A stretch of 64,000 bases of DNA from Azolla caroliniana (Eukaryota > Plantae > Polypodiophyta), in the NCBI GenBank assembly GCA_043228905.1, contig JBHGNT010000004.1:10850001-10914000 (forward strand), written 5' to 3'. Shown piece by piece: positions 36,801-46,700 of this stretch. The notes under the pieces are model-generated. The model did not search any database. It was not told the DNA's origin and worked only from the letters and a program-made list of their open reading frames with translations. Position numbers and translations under genes: made by a program. Numbering within the stretch: position 1 is the stretch's first letter; every line of letters starts with the position of its first letter.

Positions 36801-39335
36801 TGAGGATCAACTCTACGAGGAGCAGTCCCGACTGGCCAGGGACCGGTTAGCACTCGAGGATCCGGCCGAAGACGGTGAAGAAACAGAACCGGCCGAGGAA
36901 GATGAAATTGATACCGGAACCGGCCCCGATCCCGAAATGGATTCGGATGAAGAGGAAACGGAGGAGCCGGTTACCGAAGCTCCGAAACGGAGATATCCTC
37001 TAAGAGAGAGAAGGGCCCCCCGGAGATTTCCGGAACCAGAGCACGTGCTGCTAACCGACGAAGGGGAGCCGGAGAGTTTTGAAGAAGCAAAGCTTGACAC
37101 CCATAGCCGCAGGTGGTTAAGTGCCATGAAGGAGGAGATGGACTCCCTACATGAGAACCACACATATGAACTTGTGGAGTTGCCGAAAGGAAAGCGGGCA
37201 CTTCGAAACAAGTGGGTGTTCAAGCTGAAACCGGGAGATGCCGGAAACCCCCCGAGATACAAAGCCAGGATCGTGGTGAAGGGGTTCCAGCAGAAGAAGG
37301 GCGTCGACTTCGACGAGATATTTGCCCCGGTAGTGAAGATGACCTCCATCCGGACGGTGCTGAGCATAGCGGCAAGCATGGACCTCGAGGTAGAACAGAT
37401 GGATGTGAAGACGGCATTCCTTCACGGTGACCTCGAAGAAGAGATCTACATGCAGCAACCGGAAGGATTCGAGAAGAAAGGGAAGGAGCACCTGGTATGC
37501 CGGTTGAAGAAGAGCCTTTACGGACTGAAGCAGGCTCCCCGACAATGGTACCGGAAGTTCGACTCTTTCATGACCGACGAAGGGTACCACAAAACGCAGT
37601 CCGATCACTGCGTGTTTGTGAAGAAGTTTGAAGGAGGAGACTTTCTAATACTCCTCCTGTACGTGGACGACATGTTGATTGTCGGACGGGACCAGGTCAA
37701 GATACGGATGCTGAAGAAAGCGCTTCACCGAACCTTCTCAATGAAGGACCTGGGTCCGGCGAGACAATTACTAGGGATGCACATCATCCGGGACCGGAAG
37801 AAGAAGCAGTTGTGGCTGTCACAGGAGAAGTACGTGACAAAGGTGCTTCACTGGTTCAACATGTCGGAAGCAAGACCGGTCGGGTCAACCCTCCCGGCAA
37901 ACTGCAAGTTGTCCAGCAAGCAAAGCCCCAAGACAAAGGCTGAGAAGGAGGACATGATGAAAGTACCATATGCCTCTGCCGTCGGAAGCTTGATGTACGC
38001 AATGGTGTGTACAAGACCGGACATAGGATATGCAGTCGGAGTGGTGAGCCGGTACATGAGCAATCCCGGCAAAGAGCACTGGAACGCGGCCAAGTGGATA
38101 CTCCGATACCTGAAGGGCACGGCAAACGTGTGCCTCCGATTCGGCTCCGGTAAGCCCGAACTCGACTTCTTTACCGATTCGGATATGTCGGCTGATGCAG
38201 ATACCAGCCGGTCCACATCAGGGTATGTGATGACGTATGCAGGGGGAGCTGTTTCGTGGCAGTCGAGGCTGCAGAAGACGGTTGCGTTGTCAACCACGGA
38301 GGCGGAGTACATGGCGGCTGTTGAAGCCGGCAAGGAAATAATATGGATGAAGGACTTCATTAGAGAGCTCGGTATCCGGCAGGAGGAGTACCGACTCTAC
38401 TGCGACAATCAGAGTGCCATCCACCTTGCGAAGAACGCGGCCTATCACTCCCGGACGAAGCACATCCAGCGAAGATATCACTGGATCCGGGAAAGGATAG
38501 AAGACCAGGAGTTCGTGCTGACGAAGATCCACACGGACGAGAACGGGTCAGACATGCTGACCAAAGTGCTCACACCCGACAAGCTGGAAGCGTGCCGGAA
38601 GAGGGTCGGGCTGGAAAGACATCCCATGCCGAAGTGAAGGGGGAGTTTGTTGGGATTACGGTCCCTCCGGATGGGATGGTCGGATGTCCGGGAATCGGGA
38701 ATGAAGACCCGAATGAGGAGTACCCGGTATCGGAGCCGGATGATGAAGACCCGGTTCCGGATCCGGATGATGAAGACCCGGTTCCGGATCCGGATGATGA
38801 AGACCCCGGCTACGGAGCTGGATGATGAAGACCCTGGCTACGGAGCCGGATGACGAATGTACCCGGAGAGAGATCCGGATGCAGGGACATATTTGTGAAT
38901 ATGTTTGCCAAGGGCCCTTGAGGCTATACTTGTAAATAGCCCGAAAGTCATATGTGTATAAATATGACTTAGGGCAAACAGTTTTATGTTGTTGCTCATT
39001 TTTTCTGTTTTCCACTCAGAGGGAGCGAAGTGAGAGCAGCCGAGAGAGAGAGTGAGAGCGAGAGAAAGGAAGAGGTCGACGCCTCTGTGTAATACCGCCG
39101 CCTGTGGCGAGGACAGCGACCTCAAGGTCGTCGCCTTGCAGCTCGCCATTGTACATTCCCTGCGTATAGTGATAGTTGGAGTCTTGCACTCCCGTGGTTT
39201 TTCCCGTCTAGGGTTTTCCACGCTAAACCCTGTGCATTCGAGTCTCTCTCTGTGTTTTCAATTTACTGCTACATTGATCCGTGTTTCCTCGGTTGTGGCC
39301 GAGAGGTGAAGGTTTTAAAAGCGTCAATCCTAACA
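33900..39335 (+). mobile_element. Ty1/copia element D (Tnt1/Tork-like), complete, nested in the integrase of C
   Basis: LTRs 33900-34532 and 38648-39335. TSD CGCAA 33895-33899 and 39336-39340. PBS TGGTATCAGAGC 34536-34547. PPT GAAGGGGGAG just before 38648. Confidence 0.98.
34564..38637 (+). CDS. Intact Gag-Pol polyprotein of copia D (~1357 aa)
   Basis: One uninterrupted ORF: CFHCGKPGHFRKNC, WVVDSGAS, IN (HTD/ADNGGE/AER), RT YVDD, RNase H (TDSD, TEAEY, CDNQ). Confidence 0.95.
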   Translation: MEGGSSGQPGMIVLNAQNYADWKIKMEDLLIVRDLYEPIDRSEIPKGVLETEWRLLNRKAVATIRQYVDVSVLQHVANDTNAYEMWQKLSGLYERKNALNRTSLMRKIVNLKYRDGESMVEHVSTFMGFVNQLAAIKFPLEDAMQAIILMCTLPASWENLVVTLSTSCTEDNLSLQTVKTSILNEEARRRDKEPASDPKMLLTESDRGRQRNRSPQRREKSGTRSQSRGRPTCFHCGKPGHFRKNCRHYRKDNGADDTDSKKSSERNGAYRGATDRNGSDRRGQDRKGTTALAASEEEIMLITEEGELNIAGDETTWVVDSGASFHLTPERRYFSSYTAGEHGCVRMGNEGTCRIAGIGDVWLTTSTGCKMLLKDVRHVPEVRLNLISAGRLDNEGYTGSIRNCVMKFSKGSLIVARARKVNTLYLMNAWLCPEELNVAADTAGELWHKRLCHMSEKGMKRLAEDNLIPVKHVHLEKCTDCLAGKQNRTSFHSRPPTRRSAPLELVHTDVCQVETKSHGGAQYFVTFIDDHSRKLWMAPLKTKDQVLCVFKELHVRVERESGKKLKAIRADNGGEYRGQFEEYCRSKGIRLEFTVPKMPELNGLAERINRTIMERVRSMLAHAKLPKGFWAEAMSTATYVINRSPSVPLDGDTPQRVWTGREVSYRHLKVFRCLAYVHVVKDRRGKLDPKTRPCIFLGYGDDEFGYRVWDPVDKKIFRSRDIIFMEDKTLADWESEKKMKSSKSTGEDQLYEEQSRLARDRLALEDPAEDGEETEPAEEDEIDTGTGPDPEMDSDEEETEEPVTEAPKRRYPLRERRAPRRFPEPEHVLLTDEGEPESFEEAKLDTHSRRWLSAMKEEMDSLHENHTYELVELPKGKRALRNKWVFKLKPGDAGNPPRYKARIVVKGFQQKKGVDFDEIFAPVVKMTSIRTVLSIAASMDLEVEQMDVKTAFLHGDLEEEIYMQQPEGFEKKGKEHLVCRLKKSLYGLKQAPRQWYRKFDSFMTDEGYHKTQSDHCVFVKKFEGGDFLILLLYVDDMLIVGRDQVKIRMLKKALHRTFSMKDLGPARQLLGMHIIRDRKKKQLWLSQEKYVTKVLHWFNMSEARPVGSTLPANCKLSSKQSPKTKAEKEDMMKVPYASAVGSLMYAMVCTRPDIGYAVGVVSRYMSNPGKEHWNAAKWILRYLKGTANVCLRFGSGKPELDFFTDSDMSADADTSRSTSGYVMTYAGGAVSWQSRLQKTVALSTTEAEYMAAVEAGKEIIWMKDFIRELGIRQEEYRLYCDNQSAIHLAKNAAYHSRTKHIQRRYHWIRERIEDQEFVLTKIHTDENGSDMLTKVLTPDKLEACRKRVGLERHPMPK

Positions 39336-42124
39336 CGCAATGCTACCGAACACCCTCAAGTGTCGCAAGTTCGGCTTCGTTCCAAAATATAGCTCGTGCG
39401 CCGACACTTTGTCTCCGATCCGGTTCTGGATGTATACCGCGGTCCTTACCGCCTCGGCCCAGTAGAACTTGGGCAAGCTCTTCTCCTCCAGCATTGCCCG
39501 TGCCGCTTCCACAACTAACCGATTCTTCCTCTCGGCCACGCCGTTCTGCTCCGGCGTGTATCTACAACTGAATTCGCGCCGAATTCCCATTTGTTGTAGA
39601 TAACCGTTGAATTGACCAGAGAAGTACTCTTTCCCGCCATCCGACCGCAGGCACTTGATCTTTCATCCCGTTTCCGATTCCACGAACCCTTTGAGGTCCC
39701 GAAAGTAGTCGAAGACTTCGCTCTTCCTCTCAATGAGGTAGATCCACGTGTGCCGCATGTAGTCGTCGATGAAGGAGACGAAGTATCGGCTCCCGCCAAG
39801 ACTAACGTTTTGTGTCGGCCCCCATACATCGGAGTGTATAAGGTCGAGCTTGTTCCGGCTCCGGTTTCGCTCGTTGGGGAAAGGAAGTCGGTGTTGCTTC
39901 CCGAGCTGGCAGGCTTCACAAATTTGTGCCTTTCAGCCACTAAATTTGGGCAATCCGAACACTACCTGTTTCGATTGCAGATCTTGAAGCCGCTGGTGGT
40001 TGACGTGGCCTATCTGCTTGTGCCACAAGTCGATGTCCGACTCGGATTTTTGTCCCTTCACGAACATTGCGGTGCCACCGTCAGTGGAGTCGAGGATGAA
40101 CATCCTCCCGTCTCTGCGCCCTTGTGCAATCACACGACCTTCTTCCTCAATGAAGCACCCGAGGTGTGTAAACTGAACCTCCATCCCTTGGTCGATGATC
40201 TGTCCGACCGAGACCAAGTTTTTCGTGATTGTCGGAACGTGCAACACATTCATGAGTTTCCCTTTCTGCCCGACATGGCTAAGGGGAACTTCTCCGACAT
40301 TCGCGATCGGATGCGGAGTGTCGTCTCCTGTTGCGACTACTCCAGGTTGTATCGGTTTTTCAAGGTACGAGAACCACTCCTTATGGCTTGTCATGTGGCT
40401 TGACGCGCCGGAGTCTACGTACCACACCTCGTCCGATCTCGGGGTGCTCTGTTTCATTGAGTTTGCTTCGTTTCTCGTCACGAAGGCAGACCCTTCTCCG
40501 GCTCTCCCGGAGTCTTCAGCGTAGTGCGATCGCTGCCGATTTCCCTTGTCGGTATGTCTGGAGCCGTTTCCGGAACCGGTTCTCTCCGAATCGGCACGTT
40601 TCTTCCAGCACTCACTTTCCCTGTGGCCTCTCTTGCCACAGTACCAGCACTCCGCAATGGCCTTCCCTTGTTGGTTCTCATCGCTTTGACTCCCCCTGTT
40701 TCCGAAGGGTCCGGAGTTGCTGTCGGCATCACTTTGGTGCCTTCTTCCTTGATCTCGTCAGCCGCCTCCATTGCACGCCGACTCACCTTGTCCTCCACGT
40801 CCACGGGGCCTATCTCCCTCCGTGTACAACATTCTGTTGTCGGTGTGCGTGCTTGTAGACGCACCCGCGTGGTTCTCCTCTACCAGGTACCAGGACTGTA
40901 AGTCAAAAAAGGACGACGTATTCTCCCGGGTACACACAGCCTTTCGGAACGCTCCGAACTTCGACGCCAAACCTCCGAGACAGATCTGGACCATCTCGCT
41001 CTCCTCGATGTTCACCTCTATGGAGGTGAGGGAGTCGCAGATATCCTTGATCTTCGAGGTATAGTCCGCCACCAACAAGTCGCGTTGTCGTAGGTTGCTC
41101 AACTCCTGTCAGAGCTGAAGCTTCCTGGCTGTGGTGCTCGCGGCGAAAATCTTCTTCAGATTTTCCCACGCACCCTTCGGCGTCTTTGCATCCCGAACAT
41201 AGCTCAATAGTTGTTCGCCCACACACGACGCGAAGTAGTATAATACCCTGCTCGCCGATTGCTCCCATGACGGGAAGTCTCTGTGTGTCGATTCGGGTGC
41301 CGCGTCATTAGCTCCTTTGACATAACTCCAGTAGCCGTGCCTGAGCAGGTACTGGTGCATCTTGTAGGACCAAGACGCGTAGTTGGTTCTGTCGAGCTTC
41401 TCTATTGGAAGCGAGCTCACCATGCCTCTATCCATCGTTCTTCTTCGTCAAGCTGTGTCGGCTGCAGAGAGGTTCTCAACCCTCGCGCTCTGATACCATG
41501 TAGATAGTAGCGTGCGGAAGCAAGTATAAAGACAGAACAGAAGGAAGAACACTCAGGTTTAATGGAGAGCTTGAGCTTACGCAGTATACGCGGGAGAGAC
41601 TGAGAGAGTAAGAGAGTATATTCAAGAAAGACAAAAAACAATACATATATGTGTTCAATGAACACTTTGTACAAGTCCTAGAAGGACTGACCGAAGTACT
41701 GACAGTACTTCAATGCTCATTAAGAGCTCCTACACTAACTCCCAAATATATTCCTCATGGAATATCTTTCCTAACGGCCTAACCGATCGGTCCCAACCGA
41801 TCCGGTCCTCGACTTCTTCAGCCGATCCGGCCGATGTTGAGCTTGTCTCTCAACAATTAGTCTATGTCTCTAACAGTTGGTTTCAGAGCCTATGTTCTAA
41901 TGTTTCTTTTGTTGTCTTTTGTCTTGTTGATTGATGGTGATCGAACGATGTGCGGTTGGCTTTGATCCAAACAACGATCAACAAAGAACTTTGGTAATCT
42001 TTCTTGTTTTTTTGTCTATTTTTTCTTCTCCCATCTAATCATGTGTATGGTTAATATGTAGATCTTTTTCATTAATTCAATGATGTTGTAGTGGTAATTC
42101 ATTGGTTGTATAAAACGTTTACCT

Positions 42125-42812
42125 ATGTATGAGGTCAATACCTCATTTGACGTATATTGAATATGTGATGAGTGTCGTATGCGCACGAGGTTAATACCTC
42201 AATTGTGTATTACGTTCACAAACATATGTTACGTTTGCGTATGATGTCAATACCTCGATTCGTTGTAAATGATATGCGTTTAGTCTCGTATGCGTAAGAG
42301 GTCAATACCTCAATTGCGTATTACGATTAACCCTTATTTTTGGATGTCTCGTGTGCGTAGAGGTATATGCCTCGATTATGTCATTTTTGGCTTTTAAATA
42401 TAACGATTTGTTTAATATAGGCATATGTGGTCACGTGTATACGTAGTTGATCGTATATATGTGATAATATACATATGTTACGTTTGCGTATGATGTCAAT
42501 ACCTCGATTTGTTTAATATAGGCATATGTGGTCACGTGTATACGTAGTTGATCGTATATATGTGATAATATACATATGTTACGTTTGCGTATGATGTCAA
42601 TACCTCGATTCGTTGTAAATGATATGCGTTTAGTCTCGTATGCGTAAGAGGTCAATACCTCAATTGCGTATTACGATTAACCCTTATTTTTGGATGTCTT
42701 GTGTGCGTAGAGGTATATGCCTCGATTATGTCATTTTTGGCTTTTAAATATAACGATTTGTTTAATATAGGCATATGTGGTCACGTGTATACGTAGTTGA
42801 TCGTATATATGT
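42125..42812 (+). repeat. Higher-order tandem repeat in the F leader (~56-bp monomer; blocks of ~250, ~100 and ~240 bp)
   Basis: GA(G/T)GT-N4-(A/G)CCTC at 42131, 42187, 42243, 42298, 42360, 42492, 42593, 42648 and 42710. Block 42223-42471 is repeated at 42573-42812. Confidence 0.9.
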
Positions 42813-43385
42813 ATTTAAGTTATTACGTGATTTTAAATCGAATTTTTTCCTTTTCGGGGAAAGGATCTTGGTGGCCGTCCTCACATTTTTGTGAGAATAA
42901 CGTTGTCACCATCCCTTTCTTCAACAATTTTTTATTGTTGAAATCCCCGTTAGTGACTTCGATATTTCGTTACGTAAAGAAATGCCAATAGCCATAATGA
43001 TGTTGAGTACGTAGGGCTTGACCCACTTCATGTGAGGTCGCTCCTATGACACACGTATCCAACATCCTTCCCTCATTACATGGATACAATGCCACCATGA
43101 GATCATTCTTATGAGAGGCATTCGTAATGACGTAACCATGTGATGGGCCACGTGGGCCTACTATGAAAAGAGGGCTCATTTGGGTTGACCATTAGGTTGC
43201 ACTTTGGCGTATGCCATCGTAATTATGAGACTTGAGGTTAGGTAACGTACCAACATAGTTGTAGTAAATGAGGGCGAAATAAGGACTCTTGACATATATG
43301 TTTCTTTTAAAAAAACACATATGGGCACATGCCTTGCATATCTCTTATACGCATGAAACATTAAACATTCAAGAAGAGCAACCTA

Positions 43386-43447
43386 CTTGGTTGGCTCAAG
43401 TGTTTAATGCATTTGTTCTCGAGGTCTCGAGTTCAAATATAACCAAG
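43386..43447 (+). other. tRNA-like module in the F leader
   Basis: Closing stem CTTGGTT...AACCAAG, A-box-like TGGCTCAAGTG, B-box-like GAGTTCAAAT. No proper anticodon arm. Confidence 0.5.
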
Positions 43448-43620
43448 ACCATACAACATCGTTGATACATATGACTATAACACATGTTTAGACTTGAGGT
43501 CTAAGTGCACTTCGGGGTCCTCGTAATAGGACTTAAAGAGCCGAAACCACATATTTGGGCACAGAAACATAGTTTATTGTTAACATTTTTTTCTTGTAAA
43601 CTATTCATGACGCGAACATA

Positions 43621-43781
43621 CATGGTTGAGCCTTGGGGAGCCACCATGAAAAAAATCGATATAGAGATCAACGAAAGACATTAAATTGTCACCCCCATGG
43701 TTTTTAAAACACCTTTGTGTTACCATAGTAACCTGATCTTGAACCTCATCTCATACGTCTAGAGGGGTATTGACATGAGAT
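43621..43781 (+). other. Conserved putative structured cis-RNA element upstream of F gag
   Basis: Aligns with 58744-58907 in J, with compensatory changes in predicted stems. Confidence 0.7.
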
Positions 43782-46700
43782 AATGATATCGATTAATGTT
43801 CGCCCATGATATGTTTACATCACGACATGATGTTATAACTATCTCTTTGACCTTATCCTATTTCTTTTCTAGGAATAATCATTTAATGGCTCAAAATAAC
43901 GACCCGATGTCATCCGCTCAAGCGGAATGAACTCAAGGGAATCCTCCTGGACAAATGTCCATTGAGATGTATTTTTCGCAAATAACCCAATACCTTACTT
44001 TCACTGCTCAACAGATGACCGAACTTCGGCAATCTCAAAGTGCTCTCGAGGCACGTGTCATTGGTTTACAACGAGAGACTAATAGACCTGATGAGCGACA
44101 GGGTGGGCCATCGTTTGTCGTTAAGCCATTTACGGGAGAAAAAAAGGAAAGAACCGAAGAAGCAATCTGCACGTGGCTGGGCCGATGGGAGTCTCATTTT
44201 GAACTCTATCCCACGCCAAATAGTACGAAGATTGCATATGTCGGCCGAGAACTAGGGGGTAAGGTCGCCTCCTGGTGGCATGGGCTCCATACTTTGGGGA
44301 AATTGCTCGATACCTGGACAGATTTTGTCACGGTTTTCAAGGGCCAATTTCTGCAACCTCCCTCTTGAACCGAGGCAACACAAGCTTTAATGAACCTCTC
44401 TAGTCGGAAATTTTCCTCACTAGAAGACTATGTCCACCATGCTAGAACCCAAATCCAAAAATCGGGTCTAGAAGGGGACAACTGGTCAATAACTTGTTTT
44501 GTCAATGGCATCCCCAATTTGGACTATCACTGGATAGTGCACGATAAGGATCCAAAATCCTTCGAAGAGGCCGTTGAAATAGTTCTTCGCTATCAACTCA
44601 CTTCGAAGAAGGACCACAACAAACCCAACGAAGCGCTCGGGACTAAGCAGTCGCAATTCATTGGGAAACGCAAGACACCCAACAAATTCATGGATCGCGA
44701 TTATAAACGACAACATCCTTTTTGCGTATTTTGCAAAAAGAAGGGTCATACAAAAGAACAATGTCAAAAGCTCCAACGGAAAGAGCACGCCAACAAAGCT
44801 AAAGCTGCAGACCATAAAGGTCAGATTCCTAATGTCCTTTAGGTCTATACACATAATTTAAGTAATTGTCAATGTTCTTTCCCGCACTATGTATTGGGTC
44901 CCAATGATTTACTACATGCAAACGTGTATATCAATGGATCTCCCGTACAATTTTTGTTTGATTTGGGAAGCTCACACAACTTTGTGAATGATCGTTTGGT
45001 TCAGATATGGGGAATCCAACCCACCGTAAGTGATAACACCTATACGGTGCACTTGGCTGATGGAAGAGTACAATACATCAACGTGGCGATTCATTCATTA
45101 GGAATTTCTATTGACACTTATATAGAGGAAGTAGACTTCTATGTAATGAATCTTTGTACCACAGATGCAATACTGGGTTATCCTTGGTTTTATAATAAAA
45201 ACTCTTCTTTATTTATTGATTGGGTTCATCATTCAATAACTTTTGTACTGAACGATTGTACTCATTTTATTCAATGTGTCAAAAAACAATCCCTCTTTAT
45301 TGTTTCCTCGTGTCCATCAATATCCGAGTTCTCTTGTTCTACTCTATTTTATTGTGTACTTGATCCGTACATTCACGTTTACAATATCGATAATGTCTCG
45401 ATTCAATGAACATATTTTGAACAACAACAACTTGATGAAATCTTAAATGATTTTCGTGATGTTTTTTTTAGTGAACTACCAAATGGTTTACCTCCTAAAT
45501 GTAATATAGACCATTGTATAGATATTGTACTTGACGTTGCACCAATAAGTATACCTCCGTATCGCTTAAGTCGATCCGAAGAGGATGAGGTATCTAAGCA
45601 ACTCAAGGATTATTTACGAATGGGTTATATACGTTATAGTAAATCTCCATGGGGTGCACCAGTTCTCTTGGTTAAAAAGAAAGAGGGCACATGGCGTATG
45701 TGTATTAATTACCGATGCTTGAATAAAGTGACGATCAAGCATTTGTATCCATTGCCCCGGGCTAACGATCTAATTGACCGTCTCCAGGGAGCTTGGTATT
45801 TTACGAAACTTGATCTCCATACTGGCTATCATCAAATTCGTATAAGTGAGGACGATGTTCCTAAAACGACATTTCATACGCGTTATGGCCATTATGAGTT
45901 TCTGGTTATGGCTTTTGGTTTGACCAATGCTCCGGCTACATTTCAACAAGAAATGAATGACATTTTCCGAGAACAACTTGGAAAATTTGTCGTTATTTTC
46001 TTGGATGATATTTTAGTTTATAGTCGTACATTACAAGAACATGCTAAACATGTTCGCTTTGTTTTACAAACATTGCGTGACAAACATTTTTATGCGAAGA
46101 TCTCAAAATGTGAGTTCCTCAAGAAATCAATTACTTATCTTGGACATCTCATAACCGAACGAGGAGTTGAAATTGATCCTTCTCGCATCGAGAAAATCAA
46201 GCTTTGGCCCACTCTTTGGAATATTCAAGAAGTTCAATCATTTCTTGGTTTTGTCGGGTTTTTGCGAAAATCCCTTCGTAATTACTCCCAATTGACGACG
46301 CCATTTACTGATCTTCTAAAAGGTCAAACGCGTAAGTCTACAAAACCTATTGTGTAGAATGCTACACAAGACCTCGCCTTTAAGGAACTCAAGGACCTGG
46401 TTTGCAAGGCTCCTTCACTTCTTTTACTTGATCCTTCAAAACCTTTTGAGGTTGAAACCAATGCAAGCGATTATGCTATAGGTGTTGTCTTATATCAAGA
46501 TGGTAAACCAATAGCATTCGAGAGTAAGAAACTTGATTCTGCTCAATGCTGGTATACCGTTCAAGAAAAGGAATTATTTGTAGTTATACATGCGCTCAAA
46601 ACATGACGCCATTATCGTTATGGAAATCGCTTTGTGGTAACTACGCACCACGAGTCCTTGAAACATTTTTGTGACCAACAAGACCTGAAAGGTCGTAAGG

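Larger units (their letters stand above)
30823..41855 (-). mobile_element. Ty1/copia element C (same family as B, all domains present, stops and frameshifts), nested in the F LTR
   Basis: 357-bp LTRs 30823-31179 and 41499-41855. TSD ATTAG 30818-30822 and 41856-41860. PBS 41487-41498, PPT from 31180. Confidence 0.96.

Noticed and set aside
42125-42812. CRISPR-like repeat-spacer appearance
   Set aside because: Eukaryotic retrotransposon leader. The linkers are themselves duplicated, the repeats are degenerate and there are no cas genes.
44366-44842. Programmed stop readthrough in F gag or at the gag-pol junction
   Set aside because: J has sense codons (CAA, GAA) at the equivalent positions, so these stops are decay mutations.
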